Sequence record: OK335775.1
DNA from: Escherichia phage PSD2002
DNA: 64,000 bases
Reading direction: 5' to 3' (one strand)
Below the pieces are notes generated by a model. It saw only the letters and a program-made list of their open reading frames with translations. It did no database searches and was not told the DNA's origin. Below are positions 1-13,495 of this stretch, one piece after another (position 1 is the first letter of the stretch; every line of letters begins with the position of its first letter). Position numbers and translations under genes: made by a program.

Positions 1-1480
1 AACCTGCCGGAGACATCCAAGGCTGAGAAACATCATCAGTACGTGCACACAAACCAGCCATATCAGCGGCCAGAGGCACCCAACGGTTTACGTCATTATA
101 TTTGTCATACTGATATTTATAGTTACCGTCAATAGCAGCATAAGTGGTGCTAATGTTCATGTTGTTGGCATCGAAAGTACCTGCACCGGTACGCCAGTCG
201 ATAAGGTTATCTACTGCACGAGTCAATGGAACGTTAACCAACAGACCTTTAGGAGGAGAAATAAATGCCAAGCAATCCTGACGTTCATCAGCAATGCTCA
301 CAACATGTTTCTGGACGGTCGAAGCAACTTCGTCACCTTCACCGGCAACAGCACCTGCAATAAGAAGGTTGATGTGTAATGCTTCACGGTCGGCAAACAA
401 ATCCCAACCCTGCATCAAATCACCTGCAGTAACCTGGTCGTTAGCAGAAACACCGCCCATCAGATTAATGATACCACTGAAGCCTTTAGGCCAGTTCAGC
501 GAGGTAGCGAAGATATAGTTCGAAGTACCTTTAGCGAAATAGTCATCAAGATAAATGTTATTACCGTAAACGTCTTTTTCGCCTTCTTTGGTAGAAAGTA
601 CGACGGATTCTACGATTGCACCGTCACGGCGAACAATAATAGCATATTGGTCTTCTGTTTGAGGGCCGTAGTTGAATACCGCTTTAGCAACAGAAGCACG
701 CGTACCACCATTTGGATAAATATCCAACATTTTAGTAGAACCTGCATCATAAGCTGCTTTAGAAACAATTTCAACTTCCAGAGTACTACCAATTTCACCA
801 GGATAAAGAGCGACCACGCCTGGCATAGCGAATTGTTTAAGGGACGCCTGGAATTCCAGAGAAGTTATCGCTTCTTGACTATTCTCTGCTTCGGTCAACA
901 GAATACCTGAATCGGTTACAATTTTACCAACAGTAATGGTACCGGAAACACCGGAAGAGGCAGAAGTAACTTCAGCAGTCCATGCTGGTCCAAGGTCAGG
1001 ATATTGATTGATAGAACGGGCATAAGAAATAATCTTGGCCGTAGGAATAAACACCGATAGAATTTTACCGTCTGTATCAACCGAAGTTACACGCCCTTCA
1101 GATTCGACTACAGTTTGGTTATGTTTAATATTGATTTTATCGCCTACAGCATAGTTAGAACCTGCAGTAGTAATAGTGGTTTGGACGTTACCTGCTACCG
1201 GAGATGCGTTTTTAGCAAACTCACGACTAACAACACGAACTGTACGAAGGTCGTTACCGTACTGGAGGAAGTTCATACCAGACATAAAATAATCTGCTAC
1301 TTCGTTATTAGGGCCTCCAAACAAATCCACCAGTTCAACTTCGTTAGTAATTTGAGTTACCTGGAAAGCAGGGCCCCACTGGAATTTACCAACCAGCGCT
1401 GCACGACCCGTTGCGTTACGAACGACAGTACTCTGTACGGACGTTTCTTTGAGCTCAATGCCCGGTGATAATAAAGCCAT
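1..1480 (-). CDS. 18: tail sheath protein gp18, N-terminal part (3' end lies beyond window start)
   Basis: Minus-strand translation from ATG at 1478-1480 reads MALLSPGIELKETSVQSTVV...GKFQWGPAFQ, matching recalled T4 gp18 N-terminus; ORF runs off position 1. Confidence 0.9.
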   Translation of the reverse strand, partial: MALLSPGIELKETSVQSTVVRNATGRAALVGKFQWGPAFQVTQITNEVELVDLFGGPNNEVADYFMSGMNFLQYGNDLRTVRVVSREFAKNASPVAGNVQTTITTAGSNYAVGDKINIKHNQTVVESEGRVTSVDTDGKILSVFIPTAKIISYARSINQYPDLGPAWTAEVTSASSGVSGTITVGKIVTDSGILLTEAENSQEAITSLEFQASLKQFAMPGVVALYPGEIGSTLEVEIVSKAAYDAGSTKMLDIYPNGGTRASVAKAVFNYGPQTEDQYAIIVRRDGAIVESVVLSTKEGEKDVYGNNIYLDDYFAKGTSNYIFATSLNWPKGFSGIINLMGGVSANDQVTAGDLMQGWDLFADREALHINLLIAGAVAGEGDEVASTVQKHVVSIADERQDCLAFISPPKGLLVNVPLTRAVDNLIDWRTGAGTFDANNMNISTTYAAIDGNYKYQYDKYNDVNRWVPLAADMAGLCARTDDVSQPWMSPAG

Positions 1481-1509
1481 TTTGAATCCTCTTGGTTATG
1501 CTTTATTGT

Positions 1510-3819
<2,310 letters not shown>

Positions 3820-3823
<4 letters not shown>

Positions 3824-4686
3824 GGGTTTCTCCTTGGTGCTGGAGGCGCTGGCTCGACAGGCACTGGAATATCTTGTGAATATGTTTGAACGGAACTTCC
3901 ATCCCATTCTTTTTCTTCTACACCTCTAGGAACCACTTCGCTATCAACCGATTCAAAATTACCTTCGGGAGCGAGTTCCTTTGAGTTAGCAAAGAAATCA
4001 AGATAAATGGTTTTAATTTCGCCTTCCATTTCTTTAACCGGAGGATATAACCATCCGTTAACCTCAAACATCATAGACCATTCTAAGCGACGACGTGAAG
4101 TGGTATCGCCTTCTAATTGTTCGTCCATTGCAATAGACTGGAACACAATACGAATATCACGGTCAAATTTAATTTCGTTTGTATAGAGTTCAGTGATTGT
4201 TGTATTAAAGTGAGGTTGGAAATAAGGCATAATCTGTTCCACAATTTGGAACATATCATCTTGGGTTCTAGTGTAAATACCCAGTTCGAAAATCATTTTA
4301 ACCGGAGTAGGAGAATATTGGCTGACACGCTTACGTGGGTCGCCATTCTCAAATTGAATTTGTGTTCTGTTTTGAAGGGCTGTTTTATATTGTGAGTTGT
4401 AAAGCATATCAACCATTTGGAGGTTCATACGCGGAAGAACTGTTTCCACTTTAGCTTTTTGTTCGGCCCGTTCTTTAGCTGTCATATTAGGATTTGGAAT
4501 ATTCTGTACTGCCGTCCATTTACCTAAGTTAGCCATAAATCTTTCTTTAGAAGCATATGTAATAGGAACCTTAATAAATTTAAGTCCTGTATCTTCTCTT
4601 TGACGTGCTACTTGAACATGGGAAAATAAATCACCCATCAAAACAATATAGCGACGTAGCGAACTATTATACCAATGTCCAAACAT
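3820..4686 (-). CDS. 15: tail sheath stabiliser/completion protein gp15
   Basis: [22 protein letters not shown]... resembles recalled T4 gp15; synteny between 14 and 16. Confidence 0.85.
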
Positions 4687-4725
4687 CAAACCTCCTAAAA
4701 TGGCGCACCATGCGCCATGTATTAT

Positions 4726-5499
4726 TTAATCATCTAAAAAAGCATCATCAAATGCTGTAGGAGGAGCATCCTCTCCTCGTCCATTAATTACAACATAAGG
4801 ATGTACGAATTCCGCCGCTTCAGCATTAATCTCATTGACCTCTTCATATTGAATGTCTGAGATATCCGCCAATCCGTCGATATTCTTAACAGGCATTAAA
4901 TCAAGCTCACTAAACTCAGGAATATTAATACCTTCATTTCTCTGTAATTCGGGACGAAGTTCTTCACCATTGTAAATGAACTTGGTAGCAGTGATGCGAC
5001 GCTGGACGTTAGCTCCTACTTGATAGAATGGGTCATAAGGTTGTACCCAGTTAATTTCGAATAGGCTGTTGTCCATTGGGAAATAAATCAAATCGCCTGA
5101 AACAGGTTCAGTGCCATTGCATTGATGTTTAAAAAGGTTAGGGTTAATTGTGATTGTTACTTCATCATTAACCATCATACCTAACTTACTGAAATAAGTA
5201 TTGTCACCGGAATAACCTTCAAAGGAATCTAAATAACCTGCAAATTTCCAGGCTTTAGTAAATTTGTTCTGAAGGTCTTCGCCAAATAGCTGGTCTGGAT
5301 TAACGTATTCACGTGGTATATAATAAAGCTCAATACCACGCATTTGAATAGACTCAGCAACTAAAGCATCAGCCAATGTTTGGGTATTCTCATGCTTGTA
5401 GAAGTTGACAAAGGGATTGAGAATTTCGGCTTCGTTCGTATTAGCGTAACCTGTATTATTTTCTAGTTTGGCAAATAAACTCGAATCGAAAGTAGCCAT
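4726..5499 (-). CDS. 14: neck protein gp14
   Basis: 257-aa ORF, size and position as T4 gp14 (256 aa). Confidence 0.75.
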   Translation of the reverse strand: MATFDSSLFAKLENNTGYANTNEAEILNPFVNFYKHENTQTLADALVAESIQMRGIELYYIPREYVNPDQLFGEDLQNKFTKAWKFAGYLDSFEGYSGDNTYFSKLGMMVNDEVTITINPNLFKHQCNGTEPVSGDLIYFPMDNSLFEINWVQPYDPFYQVGANVQRRITATKFIYNGEELRPELQRNEGINIPEFSELDLMPVKNIDGLADISDIQYEEVNEINAEAAEFVHPYVVINGRGEDAPPTAFDDAFLDD

Positions 5500-5501
5500 A
5501 A

Positions 5502-6437
5502 TTATCCAATTAAAATAGGTGTTGGTGGGTCGAGTAAATCTAATTCTTCGCGAAGGCGTTCTTTTTCTAAACGGGCTTCTTCAATCAATCGAATACCGTC
5601 TACAGTGGTTCCACCTGCAAGTTGCATGCCTTGGTGTTTGGCCAAAATATTACCATTGACTTCTTTAACCAATGCCGTGGCATAATCTTTGACCCAACGG
5701 TTATTATATGAACCATCTTGCAAACCAAGGTCTTCACCTGCTCTCATACCTGAAATACGACGAGCCGGGTTGTCCCAAATAGCTCCGGGGCTCCATTCAT
5801 TTTCGTCGCACCCACCAGAGGCATATCCATATCCTGCGGTATTTCCTACCATAGAATCGACCCCATTAAAAGAGCGAGTATAAACTTCAATTACAATAAA
5901 ATCGCCTTTAACAAAGTTACCCATTACCTTCAACTGCTCAGTGGCATCGTTATACCAATAATCAGGCAATGGAACCAAAAGGTCTTGCATCATAGAACGA
6001 TATTGCATTAATTGTGTAAAATAACCAAGGTCAGCACCGAAGGCATTAGGTCCAAAGCTATTACAAGAAGTTCCAAGACCACCATTAATACCGGCTAAAC
6101 CCAATACAAAATCAGTAAACCATGGATAAGTCGCTTGACCGTCCATAGATGTTAAAGAACCCACATTGGTTCTTAAAATTTGTGTCACCGCAAATATATT
6201 ACGACCTTTAAGGTCAAATACGCCGTTACGGAATTTTTCTTCGTCATCATGGCCTATATAAAAAGCCTGATAACCTTTGTTATAGCCGTTATAATGATAC
6301 TCACCGTAGAGCTCCAGGGCGCGCTGGATGCAATCGTATACTTGGTCTGTAGTTACTTCAATATTCGTAATCGGTGCACCCAGGCGGCGCAGGATTGCGT
6401 CCTTGAGTTGCTTAGGGTTATATGATTCACTTGCCAT
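5502..6437 (-). CDS. 13: neck protein gp13
   Basis: 311-aa ORF, size and position as T4 gp13. Confidence 0.75.
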   Translation of the reverse strand: MASESYNPKQLKDAILRRLGAPITNIEVTTDQVYDCIQRALELYGEYHYNGYNKGYQAFYIGHDDEEKFRNGVFDLKGRNIFAVTQILRTNVGSLTSMDGQATYPWFTDFVLGLAGINGGLGTSCNSFGPNAFGADLGYFTQLMQYRSMMQDLLVPLPDYWYNDATEQLKVMGNFVKGDFIVIEVYTRSFNGVDSMVGNTAGYGYASGGCDENEWSPGAIWDNPARRISGMRAGEDLGLQDGSYNNRWVKDYATALVKEVNGNILAKHQGMQLAGGTTVDGIRLIEEARLEKERLREELDLLDPPTPILIG

Positions 6438-6458
6438 GGTTTATTCCTCTAATAACCG

Positions 6459-6466
6459 TATTTATA
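6459..6466 (-). promoter_or_regulatory. late promoter (TATAAATA) upstream of gene 13
   Basis: Minus-strand TATAAATA about 22 nt upstream of gene 13 start, immediately after the wac terminator. Confidence 0.55.
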
Positions 6467-6490
6467 GCAAAAAAGGGCCGAAGCCCTTTT
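6467..6490 (-). terminator. rho-independent terminator downstream of wac
   Basis: Minus strand reads AAAAGGGC-UUCG-GCCC followed by UUUUUU; plus strand also shows hairpin plus U-tract. Confidence 0.75.
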
Positions 6491-6491
6491 A

Positions 6492-8561
6492 TTATGGTGC
6501 TGGGTTTAAAGTCACAAAATCTGACAATAGCACCCACGCATTATCAACAAGAACATATGGAAGTCCATCAGCAACTGGAGCCGCTGGTGGACGTTTACCA
6601 AGTTCAGTTTCTAGTGCAGTGATTTTAGCTTCAGCCGCAGTTAAACGGGTTCCTAAATCAGCAACTTTATCAGATTCAACTTTAACAGCAGCTAAACCTG
6701 TTTCAAGAGTACCAACTTCACCTTCAACTGTAGTGACTCGGACGGTCAAAGGAGCTATTTTAGCAGTGTCCAATTTAATATCAGCAATTTCACCTTCATT
6801 AGCAGCTACTCGTCCAGTTAAAGTAACGATATCGCCTTTGTTCTTAGTTATATCAGCTTTAATAGGAGTTAATTGTGATTCTATAGAACTCACATCTAAG
6901 GCCAAAGCAGTAACATCAGAATCAGTGGTATCGGTTTTAGATTCAAGTGCCGTTATTTTTCCATTAACGGTAACATCACTTTCTTCTAAAGCTGTGATAC
7001 GACTATCTTGCTCGGTGTCTTTAGATTTTAACAAAACGATATCGGCTTTAATTTCTCCTACTGAAGTGTTTAAAGCTCCGGTACGTGTATCAAGAGAAGA
7101 AATTGAAGCATCATTATCGTCGACTCTAGAAGTTAAGGCAGTTACTTTACCATTGGTAACAACTAAATCAGCCTTAATAGATTCTATTTCTGTAGAGTTA
7201 TTGAGAACTTCGGTCCATGTAGCATTACGACGAGCATAAAGCTTACCATCGGAAGGAGCATCATTTAACTTACCTAACATCTGGGTTTCTAAAGAAGTAA
7301 CCGCATTAATAAGACCACGTTCTTCTACAGTAGCACCGTTAGGGTTTGTCCCATCAACCTTATTGGTGAGTTTAAGTAAAGTACCCTTAATACCAGATTG
7401 GTTATTCCCAATTTCTACTTGAATATCCTGGATAGATGAAGTAGATTGGTTTGCTTGGATAATAACGTCATTTAAACGCTTATTAATGGTCCCAGCTGCC
7501 GGAGATACTTCACTACCTAAACGGCGGTTGATATCAGTAACTTGGAAACGTAAGCCATCACTTGAACTAACACCCACTATGGTTTTAAGGTCATTTACAT
7601 CAGTACGAAGACCGCTTAAACGTCCATTAATAGAAGTAGGAGTTGATTCAGAACCTATTTGGGTTTCAATTGATGTTACACGAGGTTTTAAATCAACGTT
7701 GACTGAATTTTCTAGGGTAAGAGTTTTGCTTTCTAAAGTAGTTACTCGGTCCTTTATAGGCATACCGGAGAAATCAATATTAGTCTTAATTTCGTCGATA
7801 GATGTATTGAAATTAATTGCAGCCGTTTCTAATACAGAAATTCGGGTATAAGCCTGTTGTTTACCTACCGTATCGGAATGGGGCCCGAGTTCAGCACGAA
7901 TTTCATTTAATTTAATACCTAGTTGCCCGACGTCAGAATCTTCATAATTCCTTTCAAGGGTATCAATGCGAAGACGATGGTCGACCAATTGAGTGGTATT
8001 ATCAATGATGCGACGTTTCATACCGGTGGCTTCGCTGGTTTCACCAGGAGGCAACGGATTACCATTTATATCCCGGTTTTCATAATGACCTATTTCGGTT
8101 TTAAGAAGAACAATATTTTCACGTACAGTTAAATATGGGCCATCTTGTAAAGGGTCATGGTAACCAACGTCTTCTTTTAGGTGGTCTAAATTTATGGTTA
8201 AATTGTTTAGCCCAGTAGTGGTTTCGCCTTCTACTCTCTTAAGCTCTACGATATCAACACGGTTTTTCTCAATTTGTTGGATGACGGAAATATCCGTAGC
8301 CATTTCTAAGGCATCATTGATATTATTAACGTTTTCTACCAGTTCGTTAACTTTATCTGCGGTTTTCAAATCATTCGCATCAAGAGCTTCAACGTTTTTC
8401 TGAACTCCTAAAGCAGCAGCGTTCAAATTACCTTCATTGCCGTATTTTGTTTTTGCTGCAGACATACAATCACCCTCGCGTATCCATTGGATACGCTTTT
8501 GAGGAGCATCAGGTACGCCGTCAACAAATGGTAACTCACTAAGTTCCAATTTGTTAATCAT
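6492..8561 (-). CDS. wac: fibritin (whisker) Wac, extended coiled-coil version
   Basis: 689-aa ORF between 12 and 13; N-terminus LPFVDG...IQWIREGD and C-terminal foldon-like ...YVLVDNAWVLLSDF; heptad-like repeats (KITALESK...). Confidence 0.8.
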   Translation of the reverse strand: MINKLELSELPFVDGVPDAPQKRIQWIREGDCMSAAKTKYGNEGNLNAAALGVQKNVEALDANDLKTADKVNELVENVNNINDALEMATDISVIQQIEKNRVDIVELKRVEGETTTGLNNLTINLDHLKEDVGYHDPLQDGPYLTVRENIVLLKTEIGHYENRDINGNPLPPGETSEATGMKRRIIDNTTQLVDHRLRIDTLERNYEDSDVGQLGIKLNEIRAELGPHSDTVGKQQAYTRISVLETAAINFNTSIDEIKTNIDFSGMPIKDRVTTLESKTLTLENSVNVDLKPRVTSIETQIGSESTPTSINGRLSGLRTDVNDLKTIVGVSSSDGLRFQVTDINRRLGSEVSPAAGTINKRLNDVIIQANQSTSSIQDIQVEIGNNQSGIKGTLLKLTNKVDGTNPNGATVEERGLINAVTSLETQMLGKLNDAPSDGKLYARRNATWTEVLNNSTEIESIKADLVVTNGKVTALTSRVDDNDASISSLDTRTGALNTSVGEIKADIVLLKSKDTEQDSRITALEESDVTVNGKITALESKTDTTDSDVTALALDVSSIESQLTPIKADITKNKGDIVTLTGRVAANEGEIADIKLDTAKIAPLTVRVTTVEGEVGTLETGLAAVKVESDKVADLGTRLTAAEAKITALETELGKRPPAAPVADGLPYVLVDNAWVLLSDFVTLNPAP

Positions 8562-8570
8562 TTTTTACCC

Positions 8571-10097
8571 TTATTCTACTTTAATAATAAAAAGAACGGA
8601 CATTGTCCATGGACGTGTTTCGTTGGCAATAAGACCTTCACTATTCAATGTGGTATGTCCATCACGGTTCCAAGGATCGGTGGTCTCAAAACCTTCGTTG
8701 GTATAATAACTACGGTTATCCCAGTCAAGGCCTTTACGAGTACCAACATATCCGGAGTTAGCGGTGTTACCAAAAGCGCCATAGTTATCATGTTCACCAA
8801 AACCACCAGCATGTTTATGATAACGTAATGCTTGGGCTTGAACGGAAGATTGCGGGAAAGAACCAACACCATTACCTAAACGGGCTTTACCTTTACCGTC
8901 TTCTCCTCGGTTACCGGCAATATGCGGGTTAACTTCGCCTTCAGAATATCCACCGACCATGTTAGCGCCACGAGGATATAATCCACGGAAATCTGGAATA
9001 GCACCCCACCATCCCCAACGCCCACCAACAGCATTTAAATATGCTCCACCAGTGTAAGTCCCACCTACACAAGCACGCCATTTACCAGGTATATTACCTT
9101 CATTGCCACCCCACATGCAAATAGTACCCACCGGAACGCTATCTGATAATTGGTCATGGGTAACAACATCAACACCATTACGACGTAATGCTCCATTAAC
9201 GTTTAAAGTACCCCATATTTCGCCGCCTGAAGTAGAAATAACGTTAGCATTATAAGCCAGCGCCGTATTACCATCGCCTTGGCCTACAGTAGTAGATAAA
9301 CGAACCAACCCAATACGTCCAGTATTACCTGTACGAGCTAACAAAGAAGCCGGTGTAACTGCGGCGGTATGGTCGGTACCATTAGATACCATATCCCAAC
9401 CTGCGAGTTTAATAATACCGCTTCGTTCTTCGGTGGAAGTTAATGTGGCTAATCCTGCCGGAGAAATAGCGATACCTACCGAAAGACTTCCATTACCAAC
9501 CTCTGCATTGGTCGCTAAACGAACTAAACCTTCATTTGTAGTCGTTGCTGTAGAATAAACCGGTAACGCGGCCGTCGCTGCACCAATTGCCTGAGATACT
9601 TTAAGTGGGGTCATTGCTGTGGTATCATCGGTACCAGCTAATGCGGCAGGTGTAGTTGAAATCTTGATAACGCCTGTGGCGTTCTCTGTTGATAAACGGT
9701 TCTCAAATGTATAATCCATTACCGCTTTCAAAGAAGTTGCTACGATTGCAGCCTGGGGCTCTGTGCCTGCTATAGCTTCAGCGTTAGTAGCATAACGGGT
9801 GATACCTACATAAGTTTCTGTTGCCTGAGTAGGAATATCTAAACGGGCTTTTAAAGTTGCCGGTGTCACTGCACTATAAGCATCCAGACCATCCATTACT
9901 TCTTGTGTTGTGGCAAGACGAATAATGCCTTGGGACGTTTCTGTAGCTGAAGGAACATTACCTGTGACGCCGATTAATGAAATAGTTGCCAATGCTTCTT
10001 GAACATTAGTAATATCAGGCGGGAAATTCGACCCAGTAGGGTCGAATGATTTGAATTCCGATTTATCACTAATGTGTTTTAGTGTGTTTGTTGACAT
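8571..10097 (-). CDS. 12: short tail fibre protein gp12
   Basis: 508-aa ORF; C-terminal ...YHKHAGGFGEHD...GTRKGLDWDNRSY...GNETRPW matches recalled T4 gp12. Confidence 0.9.
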   Translation of the reverse strand: MSTNTLKHISDKSEFKSFDPTGSNFPPDITNVQEALATISLIGVTGNVPSATETSQGIIRLATTQEVMDGLDAYSAVTPATLKARLDIPTQATETYVGITRYATNAEAIAGTEPQAAIVATSLKAVMDYTFENRLSTENATGVIKISTTPAALAGTDDTTAMTPLKVSQAIGAATAALPVYSTATTTNEGLVRLATNAEVGNGSLSVGIAISPAGLATLTSTEERSGIIKLAGWDMVSNGTDHTAAVTPASLLARTGNTGRIGLVRLSTTVGQGDGNTALAYNANVISTSGGEIWGTLNVNGALRRNGVDVVTHDQLSDSVPVGTICMWGGNEGNIPGKWRACVGGTYTGGAYLNAVGGRWGWWGAIPDFRGLYPRGANMVGGYSEGEVNPHIAGNRGEDGKGKARLGNGVGSFPQSSVQAQALRYHKHAGGFGEHDNYGAFGNTANSGYVGTRKGLDWDNRSYYTNEGFETTDPWNRDGHTTLNSEGLIANETRPWTMSVLFIIKVE

Positions 10098-10762
10098 TAA
10101 TATAATCTCTTATAGTAATATAAAGGAATCGTGCCGTTAACTGTACCACCTGCTAACGATTGGGTAGAGTTACCTAAGTATTCCCACTTACCGTATCCAG
10201 CCCTTGGCTGTTGGACTATAGTATGGGAAATTGTACAACCCGATTGTTTATATGGTGAAAAAATATGATTCTGATAGTCATTGTATTTAATATTCAAGGT
10301 AGATTGGTCTAAGGCATCAATAGCAGTTTCGGCCAAAATATAGCTATTAGCAATAGCGTCTAAAAACACATCATTTACTTTAGATGCAACCAATACAGAT
10401 GAATCGCCAACTAAGACCTCTACAGGAAGTCCGAACACTTTAATAATAACCGGGTCGCCAAGTTCACCGCCTGAAGAAATAGAACCGGTAAATGTAATTT
10501 TATCAGATTGCTGGATAAATCCAGGTGCTCTGTTTTCTGTGGTAATAATAACAGAGTTCACAGGAAGCTCTGTTCTAAATGCAATATCATCTATTGCACT
10601 TTGGACCGTAGGAAAATAAACACCCTTCTGGGTTTGGTTTGCAGAAGGACCACCAATAGGACGTTGGTCAGCGACAGCAGTAGGCTTGTCACTAGTGTAA
10701 GATAATTCCAAATAATCGGCTAAGCGGGATTTTAACCCGCTTTTCATTTCAGTTAAAGTCAT
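10097..10762 (-). CDS. 11: baseplate wedge protein gp11
   Basis: 221 aa; size and synteny with T4 gp11 (219 aa). Confidence 0.75.
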   Translation of the reverse strand: MTLTEMKSGLKSRLADYLELSYTSDKPTAVADQRPIGGPSANQTQKGVYFPTVQSAIDDIAFRTELPVNSVIITTENRAPGFIQQSDKITFTGSISSGGELGDPVIIKVFGLPVEVLVGDSSVLVASKVNDVFLDAIANSYILAETAIDALDQSTLNIKYNDYQNHIFSPYKQSGCTISHTIVQQPRAGYGKWEYLGNSTQSLAGGTVNGTIPLYYYKRLY

Positions 10763-12573
10763 TATGCAATCCTCATCCAGCGATGAACAGTTAAGTATGG
10801 TGGTAGAGTATTAACCGGGATAGGAGTGGTTCCTTGAGCCTTATTAATACTGGCTTTATCTTCACGATATTTTGTATAAGCCGGTCCTTGTGAATCAGGG
10901 TCAACTAAACATCCACCTACAAAAATAGGGCCATCGTTATCAGCAATAAGGACTTTATCATCGGTATTAAGTTCAGGGATATTCTCATATTTCAAATTAG
11001 CCACATGAGCGCCACCAGTACCGCCAGCAGTTGACTGTGGAATACCAGCAGAATTCAGATCGTTGTTATTTGCATTAAACAAAGAACTAGCGTCAGGAGA
11101 CCAACCTACCAAGAACACATCAGATAAACGCTTCCATGAACCAAAGCCCATATAAGTTTTAGGGTTATTAGGGTTCACTGTGTTCTCGTAGATAGTTCCT
11201 ACAGGGTAAATTAAATCAAAAAACGTTGCTGCTGTATCTATTGTAATATTGGACGCGGCGACCGGTTCAACGTTAGGTGCAAAAGGATTGTCTACATCAG
11301 TGATACGAACTTGACCTGTTATATCGATAGAAGGCCCTTTAGAAATATAGATGTTGTTGGTATAATCCAAAATCTCATCAATTTCCATGGTGGTACCGAT
11401 ATCATTATTGTACCAAATTACTGTAAGAATATCGCCGTGTTCAAAGTTACGTCCAAATTCAATAGATTCAATCTTGTCTTCAGGAGTCAAATTAAAAATA
11501 TAATCTGATTTAGATTGGGTCCATTGACCACCAGCATTAAAACACTCGGTAGCAGTACGACCATCAGCACCTTCACAATAAAACGAAGGAAGTCCTGCCG
11601 TACCAGCTTGATGAAGTAATGTGCTATTCAGCATAACTTGGCAAGCATTTGGGTTGATAGGACTATTAACAGAAATATTCAAATCTGCGGCCGATATAAC
11701 ATGCGAAGTATTCAAATCAGCCACGAAAGAAGAACCAGGAACAGAAACGTTTTTAGTCAATTCTGAACTTTGGATTGTTATATCACGGCGGTTATAAGAA
11801 CTGCGCCATTGAGCAAGCCCGTCATTATATGATTTGATAATAACAGTATCACCTGCTTCACAAGGATATTTTAAACGGATGTCTTTACCATTCAAGGCAA
11901 CCAATTCACCTGGTTGAGCACCCGGAGAACCGAATTCTGCAGTAGCCGCATCAAAAATATCATCAATACCGTAGAACAAATTGTTACCACGTTGCGAAAC
12001 GCTTAAACTTGCTACGTTATAAGAAAGCCCTGGGAAAATGTCTAGAAAGTCTGTTTGACCTTCAGTGGCAATAAACTGCTTAGTTGCTACAGTAGCGAGG
12101 TCGTTATTTGGAATACGGTTTACTTGCTTATTTTCAACATATTCCCAACGTCCTGGGGCACAATAAACTAATTCAAGGTCAGAGAAGTTGCGAGCAATTT
12201 CTACTTGAGTAGCTGAACCCTTAATGGTATCACCTGTGGCAGGGATTAGGGTTACAGGGTTAGCTTGCCATGAGGAATACACGTCACGTACACGGATAAC
12301 AAAGTTATATTCTTCAGGGGAGCCTTTAGGAAGCTGAACGTTAATACGCCCACCTTGAGTATTAAGGGTATAGCTATGACCCATTACAGCGTTCAACAAA
12401 GCACCATCTGCAGTAGAATGCTGTTTCCAAGCGCCCGCTGCATGCGGGTTGTTGCCATCACCTAATTGGTAATAAAGCTCATTGAAGTTGTTATTAATTT
12501 TAAGACCACCTGCACGCAGGTAATCACCGGACCCGTCATCAACAGCGGAACCTACTTTTAAGTCTTGTTTCAT
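10762..12573 (-). CDS. 10: baseplate wedge protein gp10
   Basis: 603 aa; size and synteny with T4 gp10 (602 aa). Confidence 0.75.
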   Translation of the reverse strand: MKQDLKVGSAVDDGSGDYLRAGGLKINNNFNELYYQLGDGNNPHAAGAWKQHSTADGALLNAVMGHSYTLNTQGGRINVQLPKGSPEEYNFVIRVRDVYSSWQANPVTLIPATGDTIKGSATQVEIARNFSDLELVYCAPGRWEYVENKQVNRIPNNDLATVATKQFIATEGQTDFLDIFPGLSYNVASLSVSQRGNNLFYGIDDIFDAATAEFGSPGAQPGELVALNGKDIRLKYPCEAGDTVIIKSYNDGLAQWRSSYNRRDITIQSSELTKNVSVPGSSFVADLNTSHVISAADLNISVNSPINPNACQVMLNSTLLHQAGTAGLPSFYCEGADGRTATECFNAGGQWTQSKSDYIFNLTPEDKIESIEFGRNFEHGDILTVIWYNNDIGTTMEIDEILDYTNNIYISKGPSIDITGQVRITDVDNPFAPNVEPVAASNITIDTAATFFDLIYPVGTIYENTVNPNNPKTYMGFGSWKRLSDVFLVGWSPDASSLFNANNNDLNSAGIPQSTAGGTGGAHVANLKYENIPELNTDDKVLIADNDGPIFVGGCLVDPDSQGPAYTKYREDKASINKAQGTTPIPVNTLPPYLTVHRWMRIA

Positions 12574-13433
12574 TATACTGGAACTCCAATAGTTTGGGTT
12601 TCTACGACCTTAATTGCAAGCCTCATAGGATTGACAGAAGAAGCGGTCGCGATAATATAGTTTGATGTATCGAATTTAAAATCTAGGGAATAAATTTCGT
12701 CATCATCTGAAGTTTGTCCACGTTTAATAACAGCGTATTCAGTGGAATAAATCTTTCTAGCTTGGTTGTCGATAAACACAAGGTATTCTGAAGCTTTGTA
12801 AATGGTTTCGTTGGCATTCACTGCCGTAACTAAAAGTTTGACCAATGAATACTGACCGGAATAAACCACCGGAATATCACGAGCGACAGAAGATATATTA
12901 TATGTCTTATTTAATGGAACTCGTTTATCACCAAACATACTTTCAATTGAATAATCCCATACTGCAACGCCGTTTGTATCCGATACACACCATAAAAGAA
13001 CTCGTGTATAAGGTGTTACGATACGCAAAGTCGAAGTTGAATGGCTTGCAAAAGTATCCAATATACGGATTTCAAGATAATTAGTGGAAGAAATACTCCC
13101 GTTAGAGTTGATAATCTCGATTCCTTCACCGACTGCACCTTTTACAGTGGTTAATACGATAGAACCGGTAGAAGCATCGATATCTACCAAAGAGCCTAAA
13201 TCAACTGAACTTGCTTGGTCCGTATCACCAAATTTTTGATAGTAGCCTGTAGCGTGTAATTTCTGACCTGTTAATTCGCCGGTTAAAGCAGTTTTACGTT
13301 GGTCACCGAAAGTATTATAAATGTTGTTTAAGTCAGTGTTCAGTTTAACACCGCCGTCATAAAGAATGTCGCCGGTGCTGGCATTACCAATTTCACCGAC
13401 GTCAATTAGTTCTTTACCAGTTTGCTTAATCAT
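12573..13433 (-). CDS. 9: baseplate wedge / long tail fibre socket protein gp9
   Basis: 286 aa; size and synteny with T4 gp9 (288 aa). Confidence 0.75.
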   Translation of the reverse strand: MIKQTGKELIDVGEIGNASTGDILYDGGVKLNTDLNNIYNTFGDQRKTALTGELTGQKLHATGYYQKFGDTDQASSVDLGSLVDIDASTGSIVLTTVKGAVGEGIEIINSNGSISSTNYLEIRILDTFASHSTSTLRIVTPYTRVLLWCVSDTNGVAVWDYSIESMFGDKRVPLNKTYNISSVARDIPVVYSGQYSLVKLLVTAVNANETIYKASEYLVFIDNQARKIYSTEYAVIKRGQTSDDDEIYSLDFKFDTSNYIIATASSVNPMRLAIKVVETQTIGVPV

Positions 13434-13478
13434 AGGTATGCCTCATTATTGATATACTGTATTTATTAAACCCCGAAA

Positions 13479-13492
13479 GGGCCTTGCGGCCC
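13479..13492 (-). terminator. terminator-like GC hairpin between genes 8 and 9
   Basis: GGGCC-nnnn-GGCCC hairpin immediately after gene 8 stop; U-tract interrupted (UUUCGGGGUUU). Confidence 0.35.
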
Positions 13493-13495
13493 TTA

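Noticed and set aside
6328-7239. 303-aa plus-strand ORF (and many other 60-150-aa ORFs in the ORF track) antisense to structural genes
   Set aside because: Fully contained within, and antisense to, well-supported long genes (wac, 17, 7, 5 and others); low-complexity Ser/Thr/Val-rich translation typical of reverse-frame artefacts; no SD or promoter.
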